From an uncultured Rivularia sp. (GTDB lineage Bacteria > Cyanobacteriota > Cyanobacteriia > Cyanobacteriales > Nostocaceae), in contig OY762007.1 in NCBI GenBank assembly GCA_963665115.1, positions 1,408,001 to 1,472,000 on the forward strand: a stretch of DNA of 64,000 bases, read 5' to 3'. The position numbers and the translations under genes are program-made. Under the pieces are notes generated by a model that was given only the letters and a program-made list of their open reading frames with translations, was not told the origin of the DNA and searched no databases. Position 1 is the stretch's first letter; each line of letters begins with the position of its first letter. Shown piece by piece: positions 10,983 through 22,290 of the stretch.

Positions 10983-11429
10983 ATGAAGCTAATGTTGGTA
11001 TGTACTTCCGGAGGTCATTTTTCAACTATGAGAAGATTAGAGTCGTTTTGGTCAAATCACGAGCGGGTATGGGTGACTGACTGGAAAAAAGATACAAATT
11101 TATTGGAGGATGAGGAAAAAGTTCATTGGTTGCCTTATCAAGCTCCCAGAGATATTTGGGCTTTTTTGCATAATCTTCCTCGGGTGTTTAAGTTAGTTCA
11201 TTTTGAACAACCGGATATAGTCGTTTCAACTGGAGCTAGTATCGCCGTTGGCTTTGCTTTTGCAGCTAAATTATTTGGTAAACGGTTTGTCTATGTCGAA
11301 AGTATATCTCGTTCAGAGGAACTGAGTTTATCTGGAAAATTGGTTTATAAATTGAGCGATGAATTTTATGTTCAGTGGCCTAATTTATGTCGTAAGTATC
11401 CAAAAGCAATTTTTAAAGGGTATGCTTAG
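10983..11429 (+). CDS. pssD: Alg14/PssD/Cps14F-like glycosyltransferase subunit
   Basis: LVCTSGGH, PDIVVSTGASIA, VYVESISR...LSLSGKL, FYVQWP; likely start ATG 10983. Confidence 0.88.
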   Translation: MKLMLVCTSGGHFSTMRRLESFWSNHERVWVTDWKKDTNLLEDEEKVHWLPYQAPRDIWAFLHNLPRVFKLVHFEQPDIVVSTGASIAVGFAFAAKLFGKRFVYVESISRSEELSLSGKLVYKLSDEFYVQWPNLCRKYPKAIFKGYA

Positions 11430-11472
11430 AGGCTTTTATTAAGGTACAAAAATCAATTTGATTTAAAAAAAA

Positions 11473-11957
11473 ATGATTACAGTAACATTAGGAACGATTC
11501 CCTTTTCTTTCGATCGAGCTATTAATTGGCTAGATAGTCTTTTAGACTCTGGGGTAATTTCGGAAAGTATTTTTGTGCAACATGGAACGACTGATGTATC
11601 TAAGCTGGCAAAATATCCTTTCGTAAAAACTACACCAATAGTTGAAACGAGCTTTTTAATGAAGACAATACAAGAGTCTCGGTTGACTATATCTCATGCA
11701 GGGCAGGGGTTAACTCGGGGATTAGCAGATAGGGGAGCGTGTTTTATTTTAGTACCGCGTTTATCTTGTTACAACGAGCATATAGACGACCATCAATTAT
11801 GGTTTGCGCGAGGAGTAGAGAAAATGGGGATACCTTACTGTACTAGTTTAGATAATTTAGAGCAGGCAATAAAATGTCCGCCACCTAGTTTTAAAGGACA
11901 AATATTCGAGGGGGCCCTAGATTAGCAGAGCATTTGATGCAGATATATCCGGCATGA
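11473..11957 (+). CDS. pssE: Alg13/PssE/Cps14G-like glycosyltransferase (GT28 C-terminal), probable G-run frameshift near 3' end
   Basis: MITVTLGT, FVQHG, ISHAGQG, LVPR...EHIDDHQL. An alternative frame after the G run at ~11910-11914 continues PRLAEHLMQIYPA* to 11957. Confidence 0.82.
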
Positions 11958-12036
11958 GTCGCAATAATGCAATAATAAAATATTGAAAAACAGAATATAG
12001 CTTAAAAATATTTAAAGATTTGGAGCAAGAGTTCGT

Positions 12037-14076
12037 ATGAATAGAATTGCCAAAATAGCAATACATCACTGGAAACTTCTCTTAGCTTGGAATGTTTTAG
12101 TGCTGGGAATAACTGCGATTAATATCGCGATAACGCCCAAGGTTTGGAATAGCCAAGCACAATTGATATTACCCAACATTACTAGCGATAGTGACGCAGA
12201 TTTAGGGAAATTGGGTAGCGTTAGGGATGGCGGAGTCGTTTTTTCTCAACAGATAAATCCGCTAAATATCCTTTCTTCCATTGCCATGAGCGACGATGTT
12301 GTTGAAAAAGTATGGCAAAATGATCCAGAGAAAGATGAATTTTCTCGATTGAGCAATTTTAAGAAGCTGTTTGAAATTTCCCCCGAAAAAGAATCTACCG
12401 TTATATCTCTCTCTGCTGAAGGTTCTAGCCCCGAATTAGCCAGAAAGCGAGCAACTGCATTAATTGCAGCATTTCGCGATCGCGTACAGGAATTGCGTTT
12501 GGATGAAGCACAACAGCGATCGCAATTTATGCAGCCGGAAGTCAAGCTCGCTGCACAGAAGTTGCTGAAGGCACAACAAGCATTAAGTGAATTCAAGCAA
12601 AAAACTAATTTGGTCAACTCCGAGGAGCAGACGAAAGAAATTATTTCAGCTATCAATACTTTGAAAACGGAACAAGCTCAAGCAATAGCCCAAGCCAAAG
12701 CCGCTGAAGCTACGGTAAATACGCTATCGGCTCGGGTAAATATGAGTCCGGGGGCAGCAGTAAATTCTGTCAAACTCAAAGAATATAAGGAGTATCAATT
12801 AGTTCGGGACAAATTAAGTGAAGTTGAAGTTGAGTTGGTAGAGAGCTTAGGAAAATTAACCGGCAATCATCCCGAAGTGCAGAATTTACAGTATCAACGG
12901 GCTGTTTTACGCAACCAACTCAACCAGTTTATTAATGCTGCGAAATCTGATGCAGGAGCCATTAATAATGTGAATAAAATTATGGGCGACAACAGCGCTA
13001 ATTTAGCTGAAAGGCTGATTGTGGCAGAAAGTGAAGCTGTAGGAATGGTGGAAAAAGTAGGACAACTGCAACCCCAGATCGATGGATTGAATGCAAGTTT
13101 AAATTCTTTACCTAAAAAACAAGCCAAATTACTCGAATTGCAACGACAATATGATATCGCCGAAGGGGTTTACAACGGAGTAGTTGCACAAGCCGAACAA
13201 TCAAAACTCGGTGCTTTCAGCGCTTATCCCAGCACTCAAGTATTAGCTAAACCTTTACTAAATACTAAACCAACCGGACCTAAATTAAGATTGATGATAC
13301 TTGGAGCATTGCTAGCTTCCGGTTTTGGTAGTGCTGCGATCGTACTGTTTTTGGAAAACCGCAATCCTTTACTCAGCCCCAAAGATATTCAGCAAACCAA
13401 CATTCCGGTACTTGCGAGCATTCCCTACATCAAAAACATCAATGTCAAATCCGAGCAAAAACTCGGAGGAGAAATCGAGTTTCAGCGCTTGGCTTCCGCA
13501 GTCAGCTTGATGCAGCTAGATTCTGGCAGGTTGATGATTGCTAGTGCTACCACCTCGGAAGGTAAAACTACAACTAGTTTGGGGTTAGCGAATTCGTTAA
13601 TAAATTTGGGTTTTAAAGTATTACTTGTTGACGGAGATTTCCGCAGAAGCGAACTTTCACAATCTTTAGGTTATCAACTACAACAAACAAAATTGGATTC
13701 GCGATTTGTACATCATCAAGTTCGTCCCAATTTAGATTTGTTATCGGTTAACATTACCGAAGATAAAATTTCCGAGTTTGTTGCTCGTGGAGAATTTGAA
13801 CAACATTTGAATTTCGTACAAACTAATAATAACTACGATTATGTATTAGTTGATAGTTCTCCAGTTACTCTGACACCCGAAGCAGCATTACTGGCAAAAA
13901 TAATTAAACAAGTTCTGTTTGTAGTCCGTTCCACTAGCAGCCATCGGAACTATTTTTGCGACAGTATTGAACAATTAACCAGACATAAAGCAGAAATTGC
14001 TGGATTAGTAGTTAACGGTGTAGAAACAAGAGCGCAAGGCTATATGTACGGTCAAAATGTTGCTCAAGTAGACTAA
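12037..14076 (+). CDS. wzc: GumC/Wzc polysaccharide co-polymerase with BY-kinase domain
   Basis: Two TM segments flanking a coiled-coil, HPEV motif, Walker A-like SEGKTT, VLLVDGDFR, DYVLVDSSP. Confidence 0.9.
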   Translation: MNRIAKIAIHHWKLLLAWNVLVLGITAINIAITPKVWNSQAQLILPNITSDSDADLGKLGSVRDGGVVFSQQINPLNILSSIAMSDDVVEKVWQNDPEKDEFSRLSNFKKLFEISPEKESTVISLSAEGSSPELARKRATALIAAFRDRVQELRLDEAQQRSQFMQPEVKLAAQKLLKAQQALSEFKQKTNLVNSEEQTKEIISAINTLKTEQAQAIAQAKAAEATVNTLSARVNMSPGAAVNSVKLKEYKEYQLVRDKLSEVEVELVESLGKLTGNHPEVQNLQYQRAVLRNQLNQFINAAKSDAGAINNVNKIMGDNSANLAERLIVAESEAVGMVEKVGQLQPQIDGLNASLNSLPKKQAKLLELQRQYDIAEGVYNGVVAQAEQSKLGAFSAYPSTQVLAKPLLNTKPTGPKLRLMILGALLASGFGSAAIVLFLENRNPLLSPKDIQQTNIPVLASIPYIKNINVKSEQKLGGEIEFQRLASAVSLMQLDSGRLMIASATTSEGKTTTSLGLANSLINLGFKVLLVDGDFRRSELSQSLGYQLQQTKLDSRFVHHQVRPNLDLLSVNITEDKISEFVARGEFEQHLNFVQTNNNYDYVLVDSSPVTLTPEAALLAKIIKQVLFVVRSTSSHRNYFCDSIEQLTRHKAEIAGLVVNGVETRAQGYMYGQNVAQVD

Positions 14077-14104
14077 GCAAGTAGTTAATTAATAAAAAAA
14101 ATTA

Positions 14105-15487
14105 ATGAACCAGCAATTGGGGTTAAAATCTATTTCTAAAAACACACCGGAGGATAGTAATTTATTCTCCGGAATGTGGATTCGTTGGGAAAAATTAACG
14201 CTCGCAGAAAAGATTGTTTGTGCGAACATAACTTTAATCCCTTTATGGTGGATGTGGGGTTGGAGGCTTTATTTTATCTTTTTGGTAGCGGGTATTGTTA
14301 TTTATGAATGGTATAACAATAAAGAAATCCGTCTTTCCCGTCCGAGTATTGCTGCCGTTGGAATTATCGCATACGGTTTATATGTTTTAATCGTGCGATA
14401 TTTTTATGCACAAATGGAGGGTTTACCGCTAAATTTTCATACTGTAATGTCACCTATAAATGACGTAGTTTTCTTCGGTTTATCGCTATGGTACGTTCAA
14501 GATAGAAAAATACGTATTCGTCTTTCTACTGTTTGTTGGGCTTTTACAGTTTTAATCGCCACGATGTTGGTAACATGGGCGGTAATTTATTTTGGCTTAA
14601 ATCAAGCAGACTATGCAGTTCCTCATTCAATTTATGGTATTTTAACTGGTAAATCAGGAGAGTTTACACCAGGAGACGGTAATCGCAATTACTTAATGCC
14701 TTACTTTCCTACAGATGAATCTATAGGGGGAATGGTTCGTTATTTATACTTTTTTAGTGGCCCGGAAGCTTTAGCTTTAGCAATGGGTTTTATTTGCTTA
14801 TTATCGCTGGATATTAAAAATCGTTTTTGGTCAGTTTTTTTATTATTAGGTTCTGCCTTTTTACTACTTACAAGTGGAACTCGTTCGGTTTGGGTTAGTT
14901 TACCAATTGTTTTAAGTTTGCGATATTTATTCACTGCGGGTAAGATTTTTGGTCCTGCATTTATTTGCGGATTATTAGCAATTGTCAGCTTGAGTTCTTT
15001 GTCGGTTCCTGTTATTAGTAATGCAATAGTAGATAATATCACGAATACCGCCGAAAAAACAGCAAATGCTCGTGCAGATTCTACAGAAGTTCGTGGCGAA
15101 ATTTATAGATTGACAATCAAAGGTATAGAAGATGCCGATAATTCACAATTCATTTTTGGTCATGTATTTAATGGAGAAGGAGTTTTACCAGGATATAAAC
15201 CGGCACAAGTTGGAACTCATAGCTTTATTTTAGGAACCTTACTTTATCGAGGAGGTTTGTTAGGAACTACATTTTTCTTAACTTTTTGGATATCGCTACT
15301 TTGGGGGTTATATAAAACGCGATATGACAGACCTTCATGTCTTTTTGTGTTTGTACTTTTTAGCTTAACATTTGTCACAATGGAGTTAGAAATGCCCGTT
15401 TTACCGATTAGTCTTCTCTGTATTATGCTTCGTACAAATACAGATTCTTCTCAACGAGAGATTAAAGCTTTTTATTCAGGTTTGTAG
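14105..15487 (+). CDS. O-antigen ligase/Wzy-like polysaccharide polymerase
   Basis: Multi-TM protein, TSGTRS, STEVRGEIY, GTHSFILG motifs; position in the EPS cluster. Confidence 0.75.
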   Translation: MNQQLGLKSISKNTPEDSNLFSGMWIRWEKLTLAEKIVCANITLIPLWWMWGWRLYFIFLVAGIVIYEWYNNKEIRLSRPSIAAVGIIAYGLYVLIVRYFYAQMEGLPLNFHTVMSPINDVVFFGLSLWYVQDRKIRIRLSTVCWAFTVLIATMLVTWAVIYFGLNQADYAVPHSIYGILTGKSGEFTPGDGNRNYLMPYFPTDESIGGMVRYLYFFSGPEALALAMGFICLLSLDIKNRFWSVFLLLGSAFLLLTSGTRSVWVSLPIVLSLRYLFTAGKIFGPAFICGLLAIVSLSSLSVPVISNAIVDNITNTAEKTANARADSTEVRGEIYRLTIKGIEDADNSQFIFGHVFNGEGVLPGYKPAQVGTHSFILGTLLYRGGLLGTTFFLTFWISLLWGLYKTRYDRPSCLFVFVLFSLTFVTMELEMPVLPISLLCIMLRTNTDSSQREIKAFYSGL

Positions 15488-15602
15488 TAAGCGATTTATC
15501 GCTTTGTCTAAGGGCTGAAGCCCTGACTACGAACCTTTATTTCTGATGGTGTAGTCAGGATTTTAATTCTTGGGAAAGAGACGCTAAAGCGCTTACTACG
15601 AA
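15483..15602. repeat. REP-like palindromic repeat cluster (GTAGT...ACTAC)
   Basis: gtagtaagcg...agggctgaagccctgactac and gtagtcagg...gcgcttactac; a related palindrome lies at 31361-31405. Confidence 0.55.
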
Positions 15603-15631
15603 ACTTTTTAACTAGTATGCGGAGGAAATAA

Positions 15632-16741
15632 ATGTTAGATGAATATGCAAGCAGCAATCAAATAAATGCTGATTCAGAAAATCCTTTAGTCAGCGTAATT
15701 ATTGGCAACTATAACTACGGTGGCTTTATTGCTGAAGCAATCGAAAGCGTTTTGCATCAAACATACAAAAATTTTGAATTAATAGTTGTAGATGATGGTT
15801 CAACAGATAATTCGCGAGAGATTATAAGCAGTTATCAAGATAAATTAACGGCGATATTTCAGAAAAATGGAGGGCAAGGTGCGGCATTTAATGCTGGATT
15901 TGCAGCTTCAAAAGGTGAGATTATTTGTTTTTTAGATTCAGATGATTATTATTACAAAACAAAATTAGCAAAAGTTGTAGAAGTGTTTAATCAAAATCCC
16001 GATTGGGTGCAAATTTCTCACGGTAGAACTTCAGTTAAGGCAGATGGAACAATTATCGGACGAGATCCAACTTTTTGCAATCAAGGTGATGTTACTCCTC
16101 TATTATTAAAATGGGGTAGATATGCTTGGGCGGTGACTTCAGCTTTAGCATATAGACGTTCGGTGTTAGAGAAAGTTTTACCTTTTCCCAAACGTCCCCG
16201 TGGAGGAGATACTTATTTAACTGCAACAGTACCTTTTTATGGAAACATCGGATATGTCAAAGAACCTTTAATGTTTTACCGACATCACGGTAATAATATG
16301 AATGCGGGAACCAATAATTTACAACATCTAATCGAACAGCGGGAAGATACAGCTAAATGTATAAATAAAGCTGCTCGTAAAATAGGAATAACAGAAACTT
16401 TTGATATTGCAAGAGATGCCGATTATCGCAGTTTAAAAGTAATAGAAAAAGGTGTGAGTTCTCCAAAAGAGGCGATTAAAATATTTTGGATAACCTGTCT
16501 CGAAAGTAGAGCTATAGGTCATAGTAGTAAAGATACTATCGAAAGATTTGTAAGAAGAGGTATATGTAGTTTATTTCCTCAAGAAGCAGATTTGTATTTA
16601 CGTTTAAAACTCCGGCTTTATCTCCATTTAAAGCTGATGGAATATCGCAATTTACTGTTGAGTCGAATACATCTGAAACCTCACCCTGATTCCCTTTCCT
16701 TGTTAAAAAGAAAGATGTCTAAAAGTGAGGCAAAGAAGTAA
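15632..16741 (+). CDS. Glycosyltransferase family 2
   Basis: PLVSVII, IVVDDGSTDNS, FLDSDD. Confidence 0.93.
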   Translation: MLDEYASSNQINADSENPLVSVIIGNYNYGGFIAEAIESVLHQTYKNFELIVVDDGSTDNSREIISSYQDKLTAIFQKNGGQGAAFNAGFAASKGEIICFLDSDDYYYKTKLAKVVEVFNQNPDWVQISHGRTSVKADGTIIGRDPTFCNQGDVTPLLLKWGRYAWAVTSALAYRRSVLEKVLPFPKRPRGGDTYLTATVPFYGNIGYVKEPLMFYRHHGNNMNAGTNNLQHLIEQREDTAKCINKAARKIGITETFDIARDADYRSLKVIEKGVSSPKEAIKIFWITCLESRAIGHSSKDTIERFVRRGICSLFPQEADLYLRLKLRLYLHLKLMEYRNLLLSRIHLKPHPDSLSLLKRKMSKSEAKK

Positions 16742-16800
16742 ATGTCGCGTATCCAAATCAAACAACTAAACATTAGTGTATTTTTATTAAAAAGGCATCT

Positions 16801-18001
16801 ATGACAACTTCACTATCTAAAAATATAATATTTGATCAAAAGCAACCTCTAGCACAGAAACTATTAATCATACCGGGATATTGCGATGTTTTGGGAGGTA
16901 CAAATGTTAGTCTTTTAATGCTGGCTAAAGGATTTGCACTCTGTGGATTATCAGACAATTTATGCGTTTTAATTCAGAAAGATTCATTTCTGGAACATTA
17001 TTTTCGAGATGCAGGTTTGGATAATTGTGTAAAACTGATTGAAGCAGTTAATGCCAATCAATTTTTAAAAAAAGCACTGCGATGGGTAGGAAGACAACCG
17101 CAGGAATTTCCTTTACTGTTAGACAATTGTGTTTGGCGGAATTACTTACCAATACTGACATTATTCTCGCCATATCTTCGTTTGAGCGGGCGTAAACTCT
17201 ATCATTTTTGTCACGATTTGGCGTTGTCTTACAATAAACTGGGATATTTAGCCAGAAAGATAACTTTTGCCAGTCTTTCTCCCGGTGCCATTTGTAATTC
17301 ACAATTTACAGCAGAACATATTCGTGGTTTCATGCCGGATATTCGAGGAATTCTTTATCAACCTGTAGATTTTGAAAAGTTTAATATCCAAAGTGCAAGT
17401 AGCGCTCCTCCCGATAATTTGAAATCTATAATAAATTCTGGTGCGAGGATAATCCTTACTCCTTCGCGAATTAACAAACCTAAAATTGTTAACGACAAAA
17501 ATTTACGAGCATTAATTCCGGTATTGGCACATTTAAAAACAATGGGTGAAAATTATCATGCAGTTACTATGGGTGAAGATCAATCTCCCGGAAAGATTTA
17601 CAGCCAGGATTTAAGAGAAAGCGCCATTAATGCAGGAGTTGCAGACAGATTCACGATTTTACCCGCTGCTTTAAATATTGAAGATTATTACAAACGTGCA
17701 GATATAGTAGTTACCCTTGCTCCGCGAGAAACCCTTTGGGCGCACGGTTGTAGAAGCAATTGCTTGTAATGTGCCGGTAGTTGGTAGCAATACGGGTGGC
17801 ATTAACGAGATTTTGCAAAATTTTGCTCCTGAATGGACTGTCAACCCCGATGATTCTATGGAAGTAGCCAAAACCATTATTGATGTCACGAAAAATTCTC
17901 ATAAACAAGAGCTTTTAATAAAAGGTCAAAATTGGGTTGAAAATCAATGTAGCTTAGAAAATTATGCTTTAGGGATGATAAAGTTTACGGGTTTAAATTA
18001 G
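16801..18001 (+). CDS. Glycosyltransferase family 4, frameshifted at an A run (~17729)
   Basis: ORFs 16801..17769 and 17717..18001 join to give REPFGRTVVEAIACNVPVVGSNTGG (EX7E motif). Confidence 0.85.
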
Positions 18002-18063
18002 TTATCGCTGACAAAATAATATTTAAATTTACGAATTATCCTAATTAAAGATATATTCTTTCT

Positions 18064-19194
18064 ATGAATAAAGTTATTTTTTTTTCAGGTGCAAATCCTC
18101 CCCAAACAGGAGGGGAACTCTACAACTTTAAACTTTCGCAATATCTAGAACAGCAAGGATGGCAACAAGAGTATGTCAGCTTGCATGAAAAAAGACATTA
18201 TTTGAGACTTAGCAAAATACCACTTTTTGGAGATATTATAGCTTCGCTTATATTCGCGATAATTTTGTTTAAATATAGGGGAAAAGGTATTTTAGTTGAA
18301 GATCATTATTTCAGTAAATATCTATTTTTAACAAATATTCTTCACCGCGTTTTATTTAAAAGTAAAATTGTTGTTATCGTACATCTTTTTTACAGTTATG
18401 ACAGTAGCGATAAATTTTTTATCAGAAGGTTTATTAACAGAACAATAGAAAAAATTAAATTATCCTTTGCCGATGTAATTATTACTAGCAGCGAATATTC
18501 TAAAAGCGAAATAGTTTCCGTAGGAATTAATCCCGACTCAGTTCATGTTTTATCACCTGGACTCGATCGAGAAAAATATAATATTTCATATTCATCTAAT
18601 AGATCGGATAGTAAAAAAATCTTATGTGTCGGTAATTACGTTCCGAGGAAAGGTATAATCTATGCGATCGAAGCTTTATCGCAAATAGAACGTCAAAATT
18701 ACAGCTTACATTTAGTAGGAAATCGTAAAAATAATTCTAGTTATTACAATCAATTAAACAATGCTGTAGAAAAACTTAAGTTAACAGAATGCGTCGTTTT
18801 TCACGATGGTTCAGATCAAGAAAATATTAAACAGTTGTATGCTTCTGCCGATATTTTTGTTCTGCCTTCATTCAAAGAAACCTTTGGGATTGTCTTTTTA
18901 GAAGCGATGCATTACGGATTACCAATAATTACAACAAATGTTTCGGCAATGCCAGAATTAATTGAAGAAGGTAAAAATGGTTTTTTAGTTCCACCCGCCG
19001 ATTCACAAGCTTTAGCCAAAGCTATATCAACATTAATTGAAAACCCTGATTTACGCAAACAAATGGGGGAGGCAGGGCGTAAGAAAGTTGCGGATTCTTA
19101 TTATTGGGAGCAGAGTGGTTTTAAGTTTGTTGCTATTCTTGAAAGTTTGAAGGGAGAGGGGGGAGAGGGGGGAGAGGGGAAAATTAATTTATAA
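18064..19194 (+). CDS. Glycosyltransferase family 4
   Basis: RKG, DIFVLPSFKETFGIVFLEAMHYGLP. Confidence 0.93.
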   Translation: MNKVIFFSGANPPQTGGELYNFKLSQYLEQQGWQQEYVSLHEKRHYLRLSKIPLFGDIIASLIFAIILFKYRGKGILVEDHYFSKYLFLTNILHRVLFKSKIVVIVHLFYSYDSSDKFFIRRFINRTIEKIKLSFADVIITSSEYSKSEIVSVGINPDSVHVLSPGLDREKYNISYSSNRSDSKKILCVGNYVPRKGIIYAIEALSQIERQNYSLHLVGNRKNNSSYYNQLNNAVEKLKLTECVVFHDGSDQENIKQLYASADIFVLPSFKETFGIVFLEAMHYGLPIITTNVSAMPELIEEGKNGFLVPPADSQALAKAISTLIENPDLRKQMGEAGRKKVADSYYWEQSGFKFVAILESLKGEGGEGGEGKINL

Positions 19195-19283
19195 TTTATA
19201 ATTACCAATTACCAATTACCAATTACCAATTACCAATTACCAATTACCAATCCCCAATTACCAATTACCAATTCTTAACTAAA

Positions 19284-20489
19284 ATGCAAATTTCGTCACT
19301 TGAGAAGACTGCAATTAAAGAAAAAACTTTTTCGCGGGATATTTTGGTTGTTTCGCGTACTTTTTTTCCGAAGGAAGGTGGTATTGAAGAGTATGTATAT
19401 AACCGCTGTCTGCAAAATCCTCAAGGAACAATTTTGTTAACAGCAACTTTTGCAGGTTATCAAGATTTTGATAAAAATCAAGAGTTTCCCATACATCGTT
19501 GGTATTTACCAAAAATACCTCGTTTGTTTGGTTTGGGAGCGATAATCAAACAAGTTTGGAATATGTTTTGGTCGTTTATTTTAGCAATTAAACTTTATTT
19601 TCGCTATGGCTATAGATGTATTGAGTGGGGACACGGTTACGATTTTCCTGCTATTTTCCTGTTAAGCTATATTCTACCTATTGAATTTTTTATCTACGTA
19701 CATGGCAACGATATTCTTTGTCCTTTGCGTAATCCCATATTGAAAAAATTATTTGAATTAACTTTGCAACGCAGTACGGGTATTGTTTGCAATAGTTCTT
19801 TCACGAGGGATTATCTCAGCGAAAAGTTTAATTTTAATTCTCCTACTTATGTAATTAATCCTATAGTTAGAGCAGACAAATTTGGCGTTAATGCTACAAA
19901 TCAACAGTATCTTGAAAATTCGCGGTTGAATATCCGTAAAAAATACAATATTCCTGAAAATGCAATCGTAATTCTTTCTGTGGGAAGATTGGTAAAACGT
20001 AAAGGTTTCGGACAAGTAATCGATAATCTAAATCAACTTTTAGAGCGAGGTTTAGATGTCCACTATATAATTTGTGGCAGAGGAAAAATGCAGTCCGAGT
20101 TAGAACAAAAAGCTTCTCAATTACAGCTTGCACAAAGAGTACATTTTGCCGGATTCGTATCTGATGCAGACTTAGCTGATTATTACGCAGCCTGTGACAT
20201 CTTCGCCATGCTGACGTTTTTTGATACCGAAAGCGCCAGTATAGAAGGATTTGGCATAGTTTACGCCGAAGCAGGTTATTTTGGTAAACCCGTAATCGCC
20301 TCCCGCGTCGGTGGTGTAGAAGATGCAGTACATCACGAAGAAAACGGTTTATTAGTCACTCCAAATTCCCCAGAAAAGATTTCCCAAGCATTGATTCGGT
20401 TGTGTGAAGACAAGCAACTTCGCGAAAAATTAGGAAGTAAAGGGATGGAGTTGGCAAGACAGTTAGCAGTTAACAGTGAGCAGTTATAA
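19284..20489 (+). CDS. Glycosyltransferase family 4
   Basis: FPKEGGIE, SVGRLVKRKG, EGFGIVYAEAG. Confidence 0.93.
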   Translation: MQISSLEKTAIKEKTFSRDILVVSRTFFPKEGGIEEYVYNRCLQNPQGTILLTATFAGYQDFDKNQEFPIHRWYLPKIPRLFGLGAIIKQVWNMFWSFILAIKLYFRYGYRCIEWGHGYDFPAIFLLSYILPIEFFIYVHGNDILCPLRNPILKKLFELTLQRSTGIVCNSSFTRDYLSEKFNFNSPTYVINPIVRADKFGVNATNQQYLENSRLNIRKKYNIPENAIVILSVGRLVKRKGFGQVIDNLNQLLERGLDVHYIICGRGKMQSELEQKASQLQLAQRVHFAGFVSDADLADYYAACDIFAMLTFFDTESASIEGFGIVYAEAGYFGKPVIASRVGGVEDAVHHEENGLLVTPNSPEKISQALIRLCEDKQLREKLGSKGMELARQLAVNSEQL

Positions 20490-20615
20490 ATTGGGCATGG
20501 GTAATTGGTAATTGGTAATTGGTAATTGGTAATTGGTAATTATAAATTAAATTTCCCCCCCCTCTCCCCCCTCTCCCCCATCTTCCCCCTCTTCCCCCTC
20601 TCTCCCCTCTCCATC

Positions 20616-22073
20616 ATGACTAAAATAAGTACTAAAAAAATAGCTTCAAGCGGCTTGTGGCTGACTGCTAGTTTCGGTTTTGCCAAAGTTTCTCAACTAG
20701 TTGCTCAAATATTTCTGGCGCGTCTTTTATCTCCTGAAGACTTTGGTGTTTGGGGTATGGTGCTGATTGTGACAACTCTTTCGGCTTTGTTTAAAGATGC
20801 TGCGATCGCGATGGTTTTGGTGCAGCGGGGTTTGGATGATAAAAAGCTGGTGAATGCTGTTTATAGCTTGGGTGTGAATATCTCTGTGGTGATGTTTGTT
20901 ATCCAAGCTTTGGCTGGTTTTCCCTTATCGAAATTTTTTGATGAACCTTTAGTCTTTCCGCTGACTTTAACTGTAGCCTGTATCTTTTTAATCGGTGCGG
21001 GTGCGGGTTCTCACGGTGCTGTATTGCAGCGACAAATGAAATTTAGGGAGTTGGCGATCGCCGATAGTTGTGCGGGATTTGCACGTTTTGCGGCTGCGGT
21101 GGTTTGTGCGTTTTTCGGTGGTGGAGTTTGGTGTTTTGCGGTTGCGGAAGTATTGATGTCTATAGTTGATGCTTTATTAAAACGTTATTTTAGCCGATAT
21201 CATTTTCAATATCATTTCAAACCAGATAAGCAAGCAATTCGTGAGGTGCGTGCTTATATTAGCAGCTTAATCGGAATTAATTTAGCTGTTTACGTCAATA
21301 CTAATGCCGATAATTTAATTATTGGTAGATTAATTGGAGCTACGTCTTTAGGTTACTACAATTTGGCTTATCAACTGGCTATGTTACCAACATTTGCTCT
21401 CTCGCAAATTAACCGCATTAACTTGTCGGTAATGTCGCAGCGAGATGATGATGGTAGAAAAATATACCTTTGTCAGATGTTGGAAATGTATGCTGTATTG
21501 TATGCTGCGGTTTACGGTGTGGGGTTTGTTGTTGCACCGTGGATTATTCCTTTAGTATATGGCAAGCAATGGATGGCAGCAGTAAGCATCTTTCAAATAG
21601 TGATGATTTTCGCTTATGCAAGAGGTTTTATGTCAATTCTTGGTACGGCTTTGAATGCTATAGATAAACCAAATATCAATGCTGCGATTAACTGGATTTT
21701 AGTACCGCTTTCCATTACGGCATTCTTTGTAGGAGCTAACTTGGGAGGAGTCAGAGGAGTGGCGATCGCTGTTGCTACGGTGATGGGTATTGGTGCAAGC
21801 GTCTGGTTTTGGTTGGCAGTAAGTTATGCTGCAAAATGGAATATTATGGACTTGTTTAAACCAGTAATATTACCAACTTTAACTATTACAATAGCGTTAT
21901 TAACTGTAATTAATCTTCCCCTATCAGCATCTGTACAAACTTTTATTCAACCATTTTTACTAATTTTAGTTTATGTAGTGGGATTATCAATATTTTCTAT
22001 GGGTAGAATTCCCAAATCATTCGTTAATTTAATTAAAGGTTCTTTAAATACCAAACAAGAGAGTAGCGAGTAG
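20616..22073 (+). CDS. wzx: Wzx oligosaccharide flippase
   Basis: LARLLSPEDFG, NADNLIIGRLIGATSLGYYNLAY, about 12 TMs; start at ATG 20616 after repeat-derived sequence. Confidence 0.9.
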   Translation: MTKISTKKIASSGLWLTASFGFAKVSQLVAQIFLARLLSPEDFGVWGMVLIVTTLSALFKDAAIAMVLVQRGLDDKKLVNAVYSLGVNISVVMFVIQALAGFPLSKFFDEPLVFPLTLTVACIFLIGAGAGSHGAVLQRQMKFRELAIADSCAGFARFAAAVVCAFFGGGVWCFAVAEVLMSIVDALLKRYFSRYHFQYHFKPDKQAIREVRAYISSLIGINLAVYVNTNADNLIIGRLIGATSLGYYNLAYQLAMLPTFALSQINRINLSVMSQRDDDGRKIYLCQMLEMYAVLYAAVYGVGFVVAPWIIPLVYGKQWMAAVSIFQIVMIFAYARGFMSILGTALNAIDKPNINAAINWILVPLSITAFFVGANLGGVRGVAIAVATVMGIGASVWFWLAVSYAAKWNIMDLFKPVILPTLTITIALLTVINLPLSASVQTFIQPFLLILVYVVGLSIFSMGRIPKSFVNLIKGSLNTKQESSE

Positions 22074-22290
22074 GGTGAAAAAGTAAAAGTTCGCAATAAG
22101 TTAACAGTTAACAATTAACAAAATTTGACAGCCATACAATAAGTTTATAAATCAATACAAACTCAAACGTATTTCTTAGCTCATATATCTAAAAAAAAAG
22201 TGCCTGATAAGCATATATAGAACCATCTAATTTCATGGTTCTAATTTTATATGTATTGCAAGATGTAACCTAATTATTCTATTTACTTAC

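Noticed and set aside
20526..20615. N-terminal extension of the flippase ORF (likewise 6392-6481 for the kinase)
   Set aside because: Reads through heptamer repeats; true starts are downstream.
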